In this document: piece after piece, positions 10,237 to 20,387 of the stretch
Numbering within the stretch: the first letter of the stretch is position 1
Layout: every line of letters starts with the position of its first letter
Assembly: GCA_023205875.1 (NCBI GenBank)
Contig: CP060756.1
Location: 682,001 to 746,000 of the forward strand
Length of the DNA: 64,000 bases
Reading direction: 5' to 3'
Origin: Chloropicon primus
Lineage: Eukaryota
The notes under the pieces: generated by a model
What the model saw: the letters and a program-made list of their open reading frames with translations, nothing else
Told to the model about the DNA's origin: nothing
Database searches by the model: none
Made by a program: the position numbers and the translations under genes

Positions 10237-13200
10237 TCACACCATTTCTGCCCCGGAATTGTCTCTCATCTTGCTCCAGCAAGCACGAACGAAGCCGTGG
10301 TCAACGGCAGGTCTGCCATCCAACAACATAGAGAGCTTTGAGCAGAAAGTGTGGGCCACCTTCATGTTCTGCAGGCTCAAGCATCTCGAAGCAGTTCCAG
10401 CTGACTGCTGACGATCCACCATCATATGCATAGAGATGTACGGCAGCAAAGACGCTGGCTTGTCTTCCGCAAGGCATTTGTACAGGACCTCTGAAAATGC
10501 CTTGCTGAACTTGTCCTCGCCCTCTGAGTAGATCTCAGCAAATCCGAGAAGGTGGGGGTCGGATGTGTACTTTTCGACGATCTCCAGCAGGCTCGAGCCT
10601 CCGTGAAACGTGCGCCCCACCAAGCTCTGACCAAGCTTCCTCTTGACGTATATCCTCTTCCTTTGGGGTGGAATGCTGATGGAACCCACCTCATTCGAGT
10701 ATTCCTCAACCTCCTTGTCCGCGTTCTCCGTCACCTTCACGGGTCTCTCCCAATACCTGCTGTCTTGCCCCTTCACCTGGATGCGCTTAATTTTTGAGCT
10801 CTCAGGAAGAATGGTCGGAGTCAAGCACTCGTACTTGTAAATCCCGCCGGCATCCTCGACTTCGACCTCCAAAGTGCAACGCACCTCTCTCCACGACTCG
10901 ACGTCGATGGCGTCCATGCACCTGTTCTCGGTGCCCAGAACGTACAAGTGCCTCAGAGCTTGGAGGTGCGATCTGTTGTCCGTCGTGGAAGACGGGAAGT
11001 GTGGGAAGAGTGATACGAGGATGGCAGCAATCGCTTTGGGGGACGTGCAGAACGACAGCTGGCCTCCACCAAGAAACAGGAAGCCTATTGCCAAGGAAAT
11101 CGACATCGAGGTTGCGTACGTCATCCTCCCAGACTTCGCGTTGTCCCTCATGTGCAGACCACGGAGCAACTTGAACGTTTCCAAGTCCCCGGTTCCAGCC
11201 ATAACAAGAGACAAAGCCAAAGCAAGGATGCATATGCACTGCTCAAGAGTAGGCTTGTTGGCCCTGTTGCACATGGACGTGTGGACCATCGCAATATCGG
11301 GGCTCTTCGACTTGAATCTCAACAGCTTCAGCATGTGATCCATCAGTATTTTCTTGGCATCCTTGTTTGCGCTGCCGGCGTACCTGACCCCAAGAGCAAT
11401 GCTTGCACCCGTGAGTGCGTAAAGGTGGCACTGAGCAATCGTGTGTGGATCAACGTCACAGAGGTCACTATCGTCCTCGCTAGAGATCAGCACGGACCCG
11501 TCTTCACTAACCGCGCTCCTCAAAAATTGTGGGATTTGCTCCTGGATCCACTCGGGCGCTGCCTTTACTTCGTCCCACATGATGAGGGACCTGAAAAGAA
11601 TCCGCAGCAGGATGAAGTCCGGGCGCACAAAGTCTAAAGCGAAGTTGGACTCCGGATTCGAGAACCTCGATGCAATTGTCTTGTCATTTGTTTGCAAGTA
11701 CATCAGGCCCAAAGCATACGCCGCGGCGGGAGACGTCACGTTCAAGTTGATGAGGTTGTCCTCCATCACCTGAGCGCTTGATCCACTTGCAGCTCCTGCG
11801 CCACCGTTATCGGACACTGCCTTCATGCGGCTCGAGAATTTGTAGGTCGCCCCTCCGTTCATGAAGTAGCAGAGCCTGTCTTCGAGGTCCATGTCAGAGA
11901 GCCCGGTGGAACTTGGGCCACGGGCCAGGTTCACCAGCCCCAGCCCTATGCCAGCGGCAAGGGCATATCCCTCCTGGTCTCGCCAATTGTCCGTGTTGGG
12001 CTTGCGAACAATCTCTTCCAACAGCACCTCCGTCATGATCCTGTGGGAGGATCCCAGGTACAGTAGCCCCACGCCCACAAGCGCAGCAGCCTGGATCAGC
12101 GAGGACAGTTCCAACTCCGGGTAGTGCGCGGGATGCCTTGCCGGGATGTGAAGAAACAGCATCTTCGAAATGGTCGTGTCCATGTTGCCAATGTTTGCGG
12201 CCGAGACGCCGAGGAGGACGCCAATTGTGGTCATGTCATCCTCTTGGGAAAGGTACCTGTATATATCGGTGATGCTAAGGCAACCGAGATGCCCTTGGAG
12301 GCCAAGAGCCATCAAGAAGCCGGCATGCGAATTCGATGGCTCTGCCGTCTTGTTGTAAACGATCCACGTCCTTGTCAGCTGCGCCTGGCCCTTTGCTAGC
12401 TGAAGCCCAGCCGCCACGCCGTTGTGGAACTGCGGCCAATCCAACATGTTTTGCGCCATCATGTTGTTGATGTCCAGGGTGATGCGGGCGTTGTTCTGGT
12501 GAGGCAGCGTTCCGCTTAGAGTCAAATCGGGAATCCGGAAGGGCTCCGTGGGCAAAGGGGTCAGCGTGCTGAGGCTGAAAGCTCCTCGGCCGACGGGAAG
12601 GGCCATCGTCTTCATCGCCATCTCGTACAACTTGGTCTGTTGCACGTTATTGGTCTCTGGGTGAGAGAGGTCCATCCCCTTCGGCAGCTGCACTGGGCGC
12701 GCGCAGGAGGAGGACAGGGCCTTCCGCACCTCCTTAAGTCTCAAGTCGTGGCTGAACCTCAGCCTCGTCGAGTCTTTGTCGATTCCACTCATTCCATCAT
12801 TGGCCTCCCCGTCCCTCCCCCGCGTCACCACGCTCGTGCCACTCGCGCTGACGCTGCTATCCTTGATGTTGTACTCCACCTTGTGGTCATCCTCCTCGCT
12901 CTGCTCAGCGAACAGGCCAAAGCTGTAAGGGAGGTTGAGCAAGGATCCTTTGACCGCCAAGCAATTCGCGGCAAGGTCTTGCCGATTCAGGATCATGTAA
13001 ACCGTTCCGGGCCAATCGAGCTCGGGATTATCCCTGCAGTGCAGGACTACCTCCTGAACCGGGATCGCCAGGCCAAAGGGCAGGCGCTGCAGATCAAGTA
13101 GCGACCAAGAGTCCTGTATCAGTGCCTGCACGACCGCGGAGGGGTTGCTCTTCTCGTCCTCCCTCCTGGCAGAGCAGGAGTAGCAGTATTCCCGTATGCT

Positions 13201-15147
13201 CAGGCAGAGCCTCAGTATTTTCCTGGACCACGAGAGGTACCTCACGGACTCGCTCTTGAGCAGCCCGGGAAGCCACGGGTCGTGATCCGATGAATCCAGG
13301 ACGCAGCTCAGAGCCTGGTACATGTCAGCCGGGTACCGCCCCTCCCCGCTGGCCGCGGCGCGAGGGGGCGCGCCCGATCCGGAGGAGGTGTCCAGAGCGT
13401 ACCTCCTCTTGTACCGATCCGCCTCGCTGCCGATGAGGGCCGACAGCCACTCCAGCAGCGACAGGAGGTGGCCGACGTAGGGCCACTTTGTGATGTCGAG
13501 GCGGTAGTCCTCGTAGAGGGCGTGCAGAGACTCCAGGAGGAGCCAGAGCTGGGTCTGACTCAGCTTCCTGGTGCCCCGAGCCCCCCCGCCGAGCCTCGAT
13601 TGGGGCTTCTGGTTCACGCTGTCCGGGCTCTCTGGCAGGAAGGCCCCGAACTCCCCCGTCCTCATCAGCTTCTCGTGGTGCGGCGACTCCAGCAAGTAGT
13701 CCCAATCCGACGAAGGGCTTCCCTTGCCCCCCTCCCCCGTCGCCTCCCCGTCGTCCTTGCTCTCCACGAGCTCGGAGAAAGAGCTCAGGAAGCACTCCCA
13801 CTCCTCCTCCAGGGAGCCCAGGGGCAGCCCCCTCGACGAGGCGAGGAACGCGCCGTACACCTCGTGGTATAGCTCCTTCGGCAGGGCGACCTCCAGGGCG
13901 CTGACGGCGTCCTTGGTGATCTGAAAGTACGGCTCCAGGCGCATTGGGACGCAGACTCTGGTCCCGTCCCCAAGCTCAGCGACGAACTTGTTGTGCAGGT
14001 TGTAGGGCATAAGGTCGGCGACTTGGTGCTGCAGGGGCCCCAGGCTCACCCTGCACACGCACCAGTCCCCAAAGTACAGCATGATCTCCGAGATCTCGGG
14101 CGTGAGGACGACGATGCCCGCGGGCTTTGAGGCGGAGGAGGACGACGACGACGACACCGAGGTGGCGGCCACCGCGGGGACGCTGAAGGACTCCCTCACC
14201 CCCTCACCCGCCTTGCCCCCCGGCAGGTCGAACGCGAGGAGCTGGTTCGTCTCCCTCTGCAGCAAGTGGAGCCTCGTGCCCCCGGCCTCGTGTCCTCCCA
14301 CGAGGTCGATCCAGCTGGACGGCTCCGGGTACTGGTACGAGGCCCACAACATGTCGACCTGAGCCAGCCCGAGCATCGGCACGGACTTTGGGGCGTGAGC
14401 CTCGTGCCTGTACTCGTACCGGAACACCCGGTGGCACCCCTCCGACTCGTAGAACAGGACGAGGTAGGGCGCGTCCCCGCGGCCGCTCGCGAAGCGCACG
14501 CTCCCTCCCTCCGGGCCGGGAACCTCCAGCTCGGTGAGCTCGCTCAGCCCGCTCCCGAGGAACCACAAGCAGCTGCTGGTGGTGGTGGTGGTGGTGGTGC
14601 TCCTCGTCTTCCTACCCTGGAGGAGCACCCCGCTCGAGAGGGGCCAAATCTTCGACGCCGGGGACGGCAGCGCGATCGCGTCGGCCTCCCCCCCGCTGTA
14701 CGAAACGAAGGAGTCCTCGGTGAGGACGCAGAGGACCGGGGGGGAGGCCGAGGACGGATTCCCCGCCACCGCCGCCGCCGCCGTCGTCGTCGTCGCAGCA
14801 GCAGCAGCAGCCTTATTGTCGTCGTCGTCGGAGGTCGTCGTCGTCGTCGTCGTCGTCGTCGTGGAGAACCTCGCCCAGTTGGCGTCCACGATCCGTCCCC
14901 CGAGCCTGAGCGTCTGCCTGACCACCCCGCCCGTGGTCCACGCCAGCCCCCTCCCCCGGTAGCACACCTCGTGCTCCCCCTCCTCGCACAGCCCCCCCGT
15001 CGTCGCGGAGGCCGGAAGGTACTTCGTCGTGGCGACGACCCCAGCGTCGTCGTCGTCGTCGTCATGGCCGTGGGTCGAGGCCAGGGCGGTGAACCCGAGG
15101 GTCGCGAACGGGTGGGACGACACGTGCGCCGTCTTCAGCTCTTCCAT
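10237..15147 (-). CDS. APC1: Anaphase-promoting complex subunit 1
   Basis: Long ORF with WPQFHNGVAAGL, HAGFLMALGLQGHL, PC repeats and HLQALRHLYVL. The likely start is MEELKTAH (15147). Confidence 0.95.
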   Translation of the reverse strand: MEELKTAHVSSHPFATLGFTALASTHGHDDDDDDAGVVATTKYLPASATTGGLCEEGEHEVCYRGRGLAWTTGGVVRQTLRLGGRIVDANWARFSTTTTTTTTTTSDDDDNKAAAAAATTTTAAAAVAGNPSSASPPVLCVLTEDSFVSYSGGEADAIALPSPASKIWPLSSGVLLQGRKTRSTTTTTTTSSCLWFLGSGLSELTELEVPGPEGGSVRFASGRGDAPYLVLFYESEGCHRVFRYEYRHEAHAPKSVPMLGLAQVDMLWASYQYPEPSSWIDLVGGHEAGGTRLHLLQRETNQLLAFDLPGGKAGEGVRESFSVPAVAATSVSSSSSSSASKPAGIVVLTPEISEIMLYFGDWCVCRVSLGPLQHQVADLMPYNLHNKFVAELGDGTRVCVPMRLEPYFQITKDAVSALEVALPKELYHEVYGAFLASSRGLPLGSLEEEWECFLSSFSELVESKDDGEATGEGGKGSPSSDWDYLLESPHHEKLMRTGEFGAFLPESPDSVNQKPQSRLGGGARGTRKLSQTQLWLLLESLHALYEDYRLDITKWPYVGHLLSLLEWLSALIGSEADRYKRRYALDTSSGSGAPPRAAASGEGRYPADMYQALSCVLDSSDHDPWLPGLLKSESVRYLSWSRKILRLCLSIREYCYSCSARREDEKSNPSAVVQALIQDSWSLLDLQRLPFGLAIPVQEVVLHCRDNPELDWPGTVYMILNRQDLAANCLAVKGSLLNLPYSFGLFAEQSEEDDHKVEYNIKDSSVSASGTSVVTRGRDGEANDGMSGIDKDSTRLRFSHDLRLKEVRKALSSSCARPVQLPKGMDLSHPETNNVQQTKLYEMAMKTMALPVGRGAFSLSTLTPLPTEPFRIPDLTLSGTLPHQNNARITLDINNMMAQNMLDWPQFHNGVAAGLQLAKGQAQLTRTWIVYNKTAEPSNSHAGFLMALGLQGHLGCLSITDIYRYLSQEDDMTTIGVLLGVSAANIGNMDTTISKMLFLHIPARHPAHYPELELSSLIQAAALVGVGLLYLGSSHRIMTEVLLEEIVRKPNTDNWRDQEGYALAAGIGLGLVNLARGPSSTGLSDMDLEDRLCYFMNGGATYKFSSRMKAVSDNGGAGAASGSSAQVMEDNLINLNVTSPAAAYALGLMYLQTNDKTIASRFSNPESNFALDFVRPDFILLRILFRSLIMWDEVKAAPEWIQEQIPQFLRSAVSEDGSVLISSEDDSDLCDVDPHTIAQCHLYALTGASIALGVRYAGSANKDAKKILMDHMLKLLRFKSKSPDIAMVHTSMCNRANKPTLEQCICILALALSLVMAGTGDLETFKLLRGLHMRDNAKSGRMTYATSMSISLAIGFLFLGGGQLSFCTSPKAIAAILVSLFPHFPSSTTDNRSHLQALRHLYVLGTENRCMDAIDVESWREVRCTLEVEVEDAGGIYKYECLTPTILPESSKIKRIQVKGQDSRYWERPVKVTENADKEVEEYSNEVGSISIPPQRKRIYVKRKLGQSLVGRTFHGGSSLLEIVEKYTSDPHLLGFAEIYSEGEDKFSKAFSEVLYKCLAEDKPASLLPYISMHMMVDRQQSAGTASRCLSLQNMKVAHTFCSKLSMLLDGRPAVDHGFVRACWSKMRDNSGAEMV

Positions 15148-16237
15148 CGCGTCGGCGAAGGACCTCGGAGAGCGAGGAAGAAGCAAGCGATCGATCAAGC
15201 GACGAGGACCGAGAGCCCTCTGTCGATCGATCAGGAGAAGGCGGGAGAATTTTTTCACCATGCATTTGGAAAGGTTGGGGGCCAAACGAAAAACGAAAGT
15301 TTCTCTTCGACAGAGAGAGAGAGAGAGGGGTGAGAGGGGAAGGAATGGGGGAGGGGGAGCAATTCCTTTTCCTCTTTTTTTCTATTCCTCTTTGAGGCCT
15401 TGACACCACCTTTGGAGGATGGTTTGCTTCCTCTTTTTCCTTTCCTTGCTTCCTCTTTTTCCTCTCCTTGGAGGACGGACACCAACTCATGACAAGTTTG
15501 TAGTTTACGGTAGAGCAGAGCATGCGGTGCGTGCAATGCGTGTGGCAGGACAGGTGCAATGCAGGACGTCGTCGTACCATTGAGCAAGAACTCGAACTTT
15601 TCCTCCTCCCCATCAAATAAGAAAAGAAAGAATTGCAACATTGTCCTTTTGCGAAAGACAGAGAAAAGAAAAAAGAGAAAAGAGAAAAGAGAAAGGTGCA
15701 GCCTGTCCTTCCTTCTTCACTAAACCCGTTGTTCTTCTTGGCCTGTGTGCGTTGGCGTTCCTCCCTCTCCTCCCTCTCCTCGCCTCCTCTGCCTCTGCCT
15801 CTCAAAAGTGCAAAAAAATGTACGGCCCTCAATCCATCTCAGGGCGGATCAGATACGAAAAAGGGTTGAGAGAAAAAGGGCATCTCAAGACGGGTTTCGT
15901 ACTCTCGTGTCCCAGATTTGGGGAAAAGAGGAGGCCTCTCTTATCCAGGCCTCGTGGGTCCACCACAGAAAAGCGCGAGCGCGAAAGGAGGGCAACCGAC
16001 CCGAGCACAACGAGAGCGAGGACGACGAACGAACGAACGAACGAACGAACGAACGAAGGTCTTCCTTCCTCTTCCTTCCTTCCTTCCTCCTTCGCGGCGT
16101 GGTAGAATGTCCTGAAGAAGCAATCGCGCGCGCGTGAGAGAAGAAGAAGAAGAAGAAAGAGAAAGAGGAGAGAGGAGAGGACAACAAAGGTTTAGCATCC
16201 AACCATCCAACAACAGCCAGGAAAAAGAAGGGTTGTT

Positions 16238-17742
16238 ATGAACGGCAACGAGGGCGACGAGGCGAAGGGGGCGGCCTGCGACGACCTGCGGGGCAGGAGG
16301 ACGACCTTGGAGAAGAGGGGCCGCGAGAGCAGCGGCGTGAGCAGCAGCACTGGCGAGTGCACGAGCGGGGAGAGCCGGGCGGCCCACGAGGACGGCCAAG
16401 GGAACGAAGCGGGCTCGAAGGAGAACCACCCTTCGATGAGGACGACGAAGGACCCGTCCTCGCGGCAGGGGGGGGAGAACGGCGGCGACAAGCCCGGCCA
16501 GGCGTTCGGCGGAGGCACGGGGAGCAACGGAGGGAAGCCGAAGCTTCCGAGGCCGAGCGGAATTGTGGAGTGCCCGAGGTGTCACTCCATGGACACGAAG
16601 TTTTGCTACTACAACAACTACAACATAAAGCAGCCCAGGTACTTTTGCAAGGTAAGGTCCACCCGAAGCGAGCGGTTCCCGAGGAGAGGACGCGCCTATT
16701 GACACCATTTTTCCTCCTTCTCGCCTCTCGTTTTCTCTCTCCCCCATTCTTGCAGTCCTGCCAGAGGTACTGGACGTCGGGAGGGACGCTGAGGAACGTT
16801 CCGGTGGGCGCGGGCAGGAGGAAGCACAAGAGCTCCGCGAAGAGCGAGAAGAACAGGGGAGATGCCGAGGGGCTGGTGGTGAACGGGAGCCAGGGGCAGC
16901 AGTTCTCCCCCTTCCACGACAAGAATAGCATGGCCCTGACGTACGCGGCGGTGGCGGCGCTCAAGCCCCAGTCGCTCGTCGCCCCCGCGGCGACGGAGAT
17001 GCTGGACGGCAAGGGCGGGGCCTCGCCCGTGGCCCAGGACGGGGCGGCGAACAGGCCGAGGAGCCGGTCGAGGTCGAAGAAGAAGCAGTTCGTCCTGGCG
17101 AACCACCTGGACAGCAAGGGCCTCGGCGCCGGCGGGGACCCGAACGGGGACAACGCCAGCAACGCGTCGGCCATCCAGGACCAGGGCCAGACGCTCCAGG
17201 CCATGATGCAGTGGCAGGCCATGATGCAGGCCTACGGCGTGCCCCCCGCGCCGAGCAGCGGGGTGCAGCGACCCGTGCCCAACTTCACCAGCCAGGCCTA
17301 CCAGCAGCTCCTGTCCCAGAACTGGGCCCAGGTGTGGCAGCAGGCCATCCTTCAGCAACAGCAGCAGCAGCAGCAGCAGACCGTGTGGAACTCGAACCCC
17401 GCCGTGCAGACCCTCCTGGGAATGAAGAGGGAGGGCTGGCAGCCGGTCTCTGGCGACGGGCCGGCAGGGGGCGCGGCGACGGGCCAGCAGGCCGGCGGGG
17501 GGGCGGGCCAGCAGGCCGCGGACGGCGACGGCGCCAACCTGGGCGGGGCCGACCAGCAGGCCTCCCAGCAGCAGGCCACCGCCACCGCCATGGGCGGGGT
17601 GGAGGCCCAGATCCCCTGGTGGTACACTCAGATGGTCAACAACTTTGCGGCGACCCAGAACCCGTCCGCCATGATGAGAAGCTACAACCTCCAGGCCCAG
17701 ATGCAAACGGACAACCACCCGCAGGAGAACCACCAAGAGTAG
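16238..17742 (+). CDS. DOF: Dof zinc-finger transcription factor, 2 exons
   Basis: [50 protein letters not shown] is joined across intron 16652-16755 (GTAAGG...TTGCAG). The C-terminus is Q-rich. Confidence 0.95.
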
Positions 17743-18604
17743 CCGCAGCGAGCGAGCGGGGGGGGGGGTTGGGGTCGGGGGAAAACCAGCAGCATCGCTG
17801 GGACCTTTTGTTTTGTTTGTCTTTCTTGTTTCCAAACAGAAAAGGATCAAAAAGAATAATAAAAAGGACAAGCGTATAAGATTATATTTTTGTGACAATA
17901 GAAGAATATATAAGAAACAAAAAAGCAGAACAAAAAAGCAAGCAAAAGCAACAGGCAAAGGCAACCAGAAGAAGAAGCGGGGATGGCAAAACGAACGACG
18001 TCCTCTCCATAACAATCTCCATATCGTGCGGTGGTAACGTGAGGGAGTGAGGTCTGGGAGTCCAAAACACATAGGTCCCAAGCCGTGGACACGTTCCTCC
18101 TCTCAACTTGCCTTTGGACATGGGACAATCGGAGGATGCTTCAGCATGAAGCAAGGCTCAGCCACCATCCTCGCATCATCGTATCTTGTCTCCCTCTCTC
18201 GGAGACAAGTGGAGTGTCTCCGAGTCTTCGTGTTCGTGTAGCTTTTCCCGTCTATTTTTCCGGATAAAACGAGAGCCGTGTACTTTTGGATCTGAGGCCA
18301 TGGTGATCTGAGAGCCAAGAACCAGGGGGGGTAGCAGGAGCCCAAAAAACGGAGGGCCACGACGACGACGCAAGCATCGAACTCGATCGGGGCGAAGAGA
18401 GCGAGCGAAGGAGGGACGACGAGACGGACGGACGGAGGGTCGACCACTTGAGGACGGTCGACGAGGGCTTGGACAATCGTTGTCGACGAGGTCGGCGGGG
18501 TATCGTGCTCTCTTTCGACGACGACGGCGACGGCGACGGCGACGGGAGGGTTTGGGGGCTTGTTCTTTCTTTCTTTCTTAAACTTGAGGGCAAAGGCTGG
18601 GGGA

Positions 18605-18691
18605 ATGGTGAAGAGAGGGGGAAGAGGCGCTACACCATCTGCGGGAGGACGACCCATGGACGCGTTGAAGTTGGCCGGAGGTACGAACTGA
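18605..18691 (+). promoter_or_regulatory. Conserved-peptide upstream ORF in the VTC2/GGP leader (28 aa from AUG)
   Basis: Translates to MVKRGGRGATPSAGGRPMDALKLAGGTN*. The core matches the land-plant GGP uORF core GGRGALPSEGGSPSDLLFLAGG (recalled consensus). It ends 146 nt before the GGP ATG. Confidence 0.85.
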
Positions 18692-18837
18692 AGCTTTGAA
18701 CTTTCGGGTCGGGGAAAAACAACAACAACAACAACTTGTACACAAATCAATCGATAGAGAGAACAACAAAGCCGAGGGATCGCAAAATTAGGCCTCCGCA
18801 TTACCCAGTGGCGAGGAACAACAAGGCGTCCTCCGCG

Positions 18838-20154
18838 ATGACGAAGAGAGACGTGCACGTCGTTCCCCAGATCAACGGCCTGGTTGGGCCGCTGGCGTAC
18901 GTGCCCGATGGCAGCCTGGTGCCGCCCCACGCCCACAAGAAGAACAAGGTGGTGGGCAGCCTGTGCAACGAGGAGAACCTCAAGGACTCGTCCCTGCCCA
19001 ACATGGTCGTCCCGGTGAGGGAGCAGGTGATGGGCAAGAGGGTCATGTCCTTCGGCCAGCTGGCCGACCTCGACGTGATCGACGGCTGGAGCAGCTCCTC
19101 GGAGGAGGAGGAGGAGAAGATGGTCCTGGTGGCGTACAAGGACAAGGAGGAGGTGAAGAGGCAGAGCCTGGTCGAGAAGATGCTGCTGTCCGCTTGGGAC
19201 GAGAAGAGCGACCTGGGCCTCTTCAAGTATGACGTCTCCAAGTGCCAGAGCAAGAAGATCCCGGGCCGCTTCGAGTTCGTCGCCCAGCTCAACGAGGGCA
19301 GGGCCCAGAAGAAGAGGCAAACGGAGTTCCGCATGGACAACGTCTGCCAGGAGTTCGACACGAAGAAGTTCAACTTCACCAAGGCCAAGCAGGACGAGGT
19401 CTTGTTCCAGTTCGAGATGAGCGTCGACGACTTCACCTCCTGCTACGAGGAGAAGAAGATCGTCGAGAGCAACGCCAGCTTCGTTTACATCAACATCAGC
19501 CCCATCGAGTACGGTCACGTGCTCCTGGTCCCCAAAGTGCTCGACTGTATCCCGCAGCAGATGTCGATGGAGTGCCTCCTCACGGCGCTCCACATGTCCG
19601 TCGAGGTGCACAACCCTTGCTTCAAGTTTGGGTTCAACACCCTTGGGGCTTACGCGTCCATCAACCACTTGCACTTCCAGGGGTACTTCTTGAACGCCCC
19701 CTTTCCCGTGGAGAGGGTCGAGACGGAGTACCTCAACAGGTTCACCAACAAGGGCGACAGGGACCTGAGGGTGAGCAAGTTGCTGGACTACCCCGTCAGG
19801 GCCTTTGTCTTCGAGCTCGGAGCGGACCTGAAGGAGCTGGCCAGGGAGGTCTCGAGCGCGTGCAACAAGCTGGAGGGGAAGAACATCCCCTACAACCTGC
19901 TCATCGTCGACTGCGGAGCCAGGGTCTTCCTCCTGCCACAAAAGTACGAGGAGAACAAGGTCGCCCAGGTCATCCCCGAGGACGTCCTGGAAACCCAGGT
20001 GAACCCCGCCTGCTTCGAGATCGGAGGCCACATGGTGATGAAGAGGGCCCAGGATTACGACAACCTGACCGAGGAGAGGATTTGCGAGATCCTCTCTTAC
20101 GCGTCCCTGTCGGAGGCCGAGTTCAAGAACATCGAGGAGGAGCTCTTCGCGTGA
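18838..20154 (+). CDS. VTC2: GDP-L-galactose phosphorylase (ascorbate biosynthesis)
   Basis: GLFKYDV...FVAQLNEGRAQKKRQTEFRMDNVCQEFD..KFNFTK, INISPIEYGHVLLVP, HIT-like GAYASINHLHFQ and TQVNPACFEIGGH. Confidence 0.95.
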   Translation: MTKRDVHVVPQINGLVGPLAYVPDGSLVPPHAHKKNKVVGSLCNEENLKDSSLPNMVVPVREQVMGKRVMSFGQLADLDVIDGWSSSSEEEEEKMVLVAYKDKEEVKRQSLVEKMLLSAWDEKSDLGLFKYDVSKCQSKKIPGRFEFVAQLNEGRAQKKRQTEFRMDNVCQEFDTKKFNFTKAKQDEVLFQFEMSVDDFTSCYEEKKIVESNASFVYINISPIEYGHVLLVPKVLDCIPQQMSMECLLTALHMSVEVHNPCFKFGFNTLGAYASINHLHFQGYFLNAPFPVERVETEYLNRFTNKGDRDLRVSKLLDYPVRAFVFELGADLKELAREVSSACNKLEGKNIPYNLLIVDCGARVFLLPQKYEENKVAQVIPEDVLETQVNPACFEIGGHMVMKRAQDYDNLTEERICEILSYASLSEAEFKNIEEELFA

Positions 20155-20387
20155 GGACGAGCCCGTTGCTTTGCTTGCGACGACAAACCCAATTTTTTCT
20201 TTTGCAAACTATGAAATCCGTTTATAATCGTCCTCGTCTCCGTCCCGGCGGTCTCTCTCTTTCGGTTCGTCCTTGCGGTTGTGCTCAAGAAAGCAAATGG
20301 TACGACGACGACAACAGAGACATCCAAATCACAAGAGTACAACATATCATGAAATTGTGTGTGTGTGTGTGTTTTGTTTCTTTACAG

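Noticed and set aside
14570..15065. Poly-Thr/Ala/Asp tracts in the APC1 N-terminus as an insertion element
   Set aside because: They are simple in-frame trinucleotide microsatellites (GTC/GGT/GCA), common throughout this window.
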